From Massalongia carnosa (lineage: Eukaryota), in contig OZ287080.1 of the NCBI GenBank assembly GCA_965645245.1, forward strand, positions 372,001-436,000: 64,000 bases of DNA. Reading direction: 5' to 3'. Under the pieces are notes generated by a model, which saw only the letters and a list, made by a program, of their open reading frames with translations, did no database searches and was not told where the DNA came from. This document shows, one piece after another, positions 61,276 through 64,000 of the stretch. The position numbers and the translations under genes were made by a program. The number at the start of each line of letters is the position of its first letter. The stretch's first letter is position 1.

Positions 61276-64000
61276 ATGGCGACCAAACGTGCCACGCGTA
61301 TCTCCTCGCTTTTTTCACTACGCAGTAATTCCTCGGAGAAGAGTAACGATTCTTTTCATTCACAGCCATTGCCTCAGAGCCCTCCGGTAACCATGCAGTC
61401 CAGTTCTCCCATGGCTCCTGAACCTTCACCACCTATACAACCCACAGAGCAAAATTCCATTTCAGCATCTAGCTCACAACTTCCCTACCCAAGTGTATCC
61501 TTGTATACCCCGCCAGCAGATCAGTATGACCAGGCGCCAGGACAGTCCCCTCTCAGAGATGGCTCACTATCACCCCCACAGATGCTCTCCCCGGTGCTCG
61601 AAATATCAGATTTGCCGATGGCGTATAGACCAAGAAGTCATACGGAGAGCAATTTTGGGAGTTACGATTTGATCGAGGGACCAAGTAGGCCTGCGAGTCG
61701 GCTTGACAGCCGACCTGGCAGTAGAGCGTTAAGCCAGGCAGGCAGCAGGTCTAGAGGTAGACCAAGTTCGCCCACGAAGCTGCACCGACCCCCAAATGCC
61801 TCTGAGCCTAAGCTATCTAGACGAAGAAGCTGGTTACCGATAAAATCAAAAGCGGGGCCAGAAATAGAAGGAGATGGGCTCAGAACGTGGTTTCTCCATC
61901 CGGAAACACGAGTACCATATGATGCCACGTCCTTGGTACGATTTCAAAAGGTTGGTGCGCTACCGTATGGCACATGGATGGAGGACCAACATTGATTTGG
62001 CTTTCTAGGTACCTGAACTGTGGCAGGATAATGGCGATGCAACAATATTTCTTCACGCGGGGACGACCAGGCATGGACCTTCTTTCAAGCTCGACTCAGC
62101 TTACTTTTCCTCTTCACGCAAACTGAGCTCGTTGGTCAGTAGTAGATCGTCAAACCCCCGGGAACAGAGTCAAAGTCGAAACAGGGATCTGCCCCTTGAG
62201 GATCAGACTCAAAATCTGTCGTTGAATCTTCCACCAAACTCGCGTACTGGGTCGCCACAAATGGGGTCATCCACCACCGGCAGCTCTCAAGGGTATCGGA
62301 CCGTCAGCGACTTATTTGATGAAGGGGTAAGAGAGGTCTCGGTACACGTACCGCTCCCTTTACAAGGAGACCTCACAAACTCCGAACCAACTCTTACCCC
62401 CGATGATTTCGAGCTGCTTGTGGCTATACGAAACGTCTTTGCATTTTTAACGGGGGTGCCGCTTGTTGCCACATCCAGGCATTCTACAATTTTTGAGGTT
62501 TTTCTTCGGATCGCGGACGTTTTGCAACGATATGAGTTCACAAATCTTGATGGCTCAACATTTGGAGAAGAGCCTGCGGGTAATTTTAGACGCTATATGA
62601 AAGATTTTAAGCTGGCGGATGTTAGAACAAGCCGAGAAAAGACAATTGAGGCCATCGTTCTCGGTGAGCGAATGAGATGCTTCGAGCTATACAATGAAGG
62701 GTTTGTGCACGGTGTTGGTAAATACGACGATATCATCAAACTCCAGAGCCCCAAATTTCATCTGATTTCGGAGATCACTCGTCAAAGACTTGAACGCGCA
62801 ACGATTGATTTAAGTGCTCGGTTGAACACTGTTCGCGCTAGGCTGAAGGACTTTGAGTTTCCTTCGCTTTTCTCGGGGATTGCCAACTCTACCAATAGCA
62901 CGGAGAGCAAAATGGTCCGGTTCAAGGAATGGAGACTTGCATTTCTCTCCATGCGCAGGCATGTCATGTCCTTTTATAGACATCGATATGGGGCGTGGCC
63001 TCCGAGCGCGAGGTCCAAGAAGAACTCGTTTGAAGAAAGCGGTTTGAATCGAATTCTTCTACTTGAACTCTACCACGATTTCTCCCACCTTTACGATGTG
63101 CTTGTTAGCCGCTCTTGCCTCACAACACGAACCGCTGAATTCCCTTCGGAGCCAACTTCATCACCCATGGACCCTGATGATTTCGCACCTGCTTTAAGGA
63201 GGGTCATGGGAGAATTTGATCATAGTTCTCCGCCTGTTCAGCCACCCATACCATTCGATACTCCTCTGTTGCCGTCTTTGATTTCAACGAGGAGAAATTT
63301 CAAGTCTCTAGACGGGAAGCGACAGAGAAAGGAGCGTATGAAGCCGCTGCAAGACGACGAGATCAACAAAGCTCTCATGCAATCCTACAATCGGGATTCC
63401 ATCAAGGCGACACAATTTCTTGAATCCTTTATGTTCTTTGAGAGAAAGCAAGCACATGGCAAATCGATTGACGAGATGATGGACCTTAGGATTGGTCAAT
63501 GGATGTTCTTGTACGCCGTTCTTCAGTCCTTGCCTTTGGTTGTGATTGATGCACCGAATATCAAATGGACCGATGGAGTGGAATACTTTCTCTGTGAAGT
63601 CCCCAAAGGCACGGCGCCATGGTATCATGATGATTACAGCCGCAAGATGAGCTGGTATGGCATATCTGGAAGGTCCGGTTTTGTCAACCTCCCGGCGGAA
63701 CTTGTTGAGCATGGTGTGGACGGCATCTATCATCGGAGTCATTGCTGGAAAGTTGCGGAGAAATGGATAGGCGTCACTGCCGAGGATACGGAAATCCAAA
63801 TGTCCGAATCCCCCCAAACAGCTGGAACACCCACCCTGGAACTACCCCCGACGTTCGATATGCCGGGATCTAGATCCAGTTCGCCGGGTCGATTAAACCA
63901 GCGCAACACCATATATATTGGACTCGAGGCATTACCGCTGCCTGCGGGGGTTGCGCCGATTGGAGCTAAGCACACCTCGCACCGAGACCCACAAAGGAGC
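61276..64000 (+). CDS. Conserved-looking fungal hypothetical protein, Ser/Pro-rich N-terminus; 3' end beyond window
   Basis: 239-aa ORF, intron from about 61951 to 62009, then long open frame (PELWQDNGD, AIRNVFAFL, LYNEGFVHGVG, DFEFPSLFSG, RYGAWPP, GQWMFLYAVLQSLP). Confidence 0.8.

Noticed and set aside
1..64000. CRISPR arrays, tRNA or rRNA genes, Starship captain or secondary-metabolite backbone genes; antisense ORFs overlapping called genes
   Set aside because: None recognised; overlapping ORFs are shadows of the called genes.

Overview
Genomic DNA of a filamentous ascomycete (Pezizomycotina), inferred from spliceosomal introns and the gene families present. 1-1.1 kb: 3' part of a reductase-less CYP505/CYP102-like P450. 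1.3-12.3 kb: a transposon nest. A decayed Ty1/copia element carries an intact intron-containing pogo/Tigger-like transposon and a solo LTR. It abuts a second, decayed copia whose LTRs end CTTTG...CAAAG rather than TG...CA. That element abuts a Mutator (MULE) transposase relic carrying an 85-bp MITE. 12.7-36 kb: accessory-type region with a CFEM/PTH11-like receptor disrupted by a solo LTR, a nested-stem structured segment, a cupin, a second PTH11-like receptor, an NAD(P)-dependent epimerase/dehydratase, a hydrophobin-pattern secreted protein, a small secreted precursor and a carboxylesterase pseudogene. 36.9-64 kb: core-type region with an F-box protein, a head-to-head RPL17/NOP1 pair, a GH55 glucanase, a full-length Tad1-like LINE with a 16-bp target-site duplication, a PLP aminotransferase and a hypothetical gene running off the window. 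Best leads: the non-canonical LTR termini, an H/ACA snoRNA-like fold in a spliced leader just before the NOP1 start codon, the hydrophobin-pattern protein, and the 16.1-16.5 kb nested-helix element. All calls are by eye; no searches were run.
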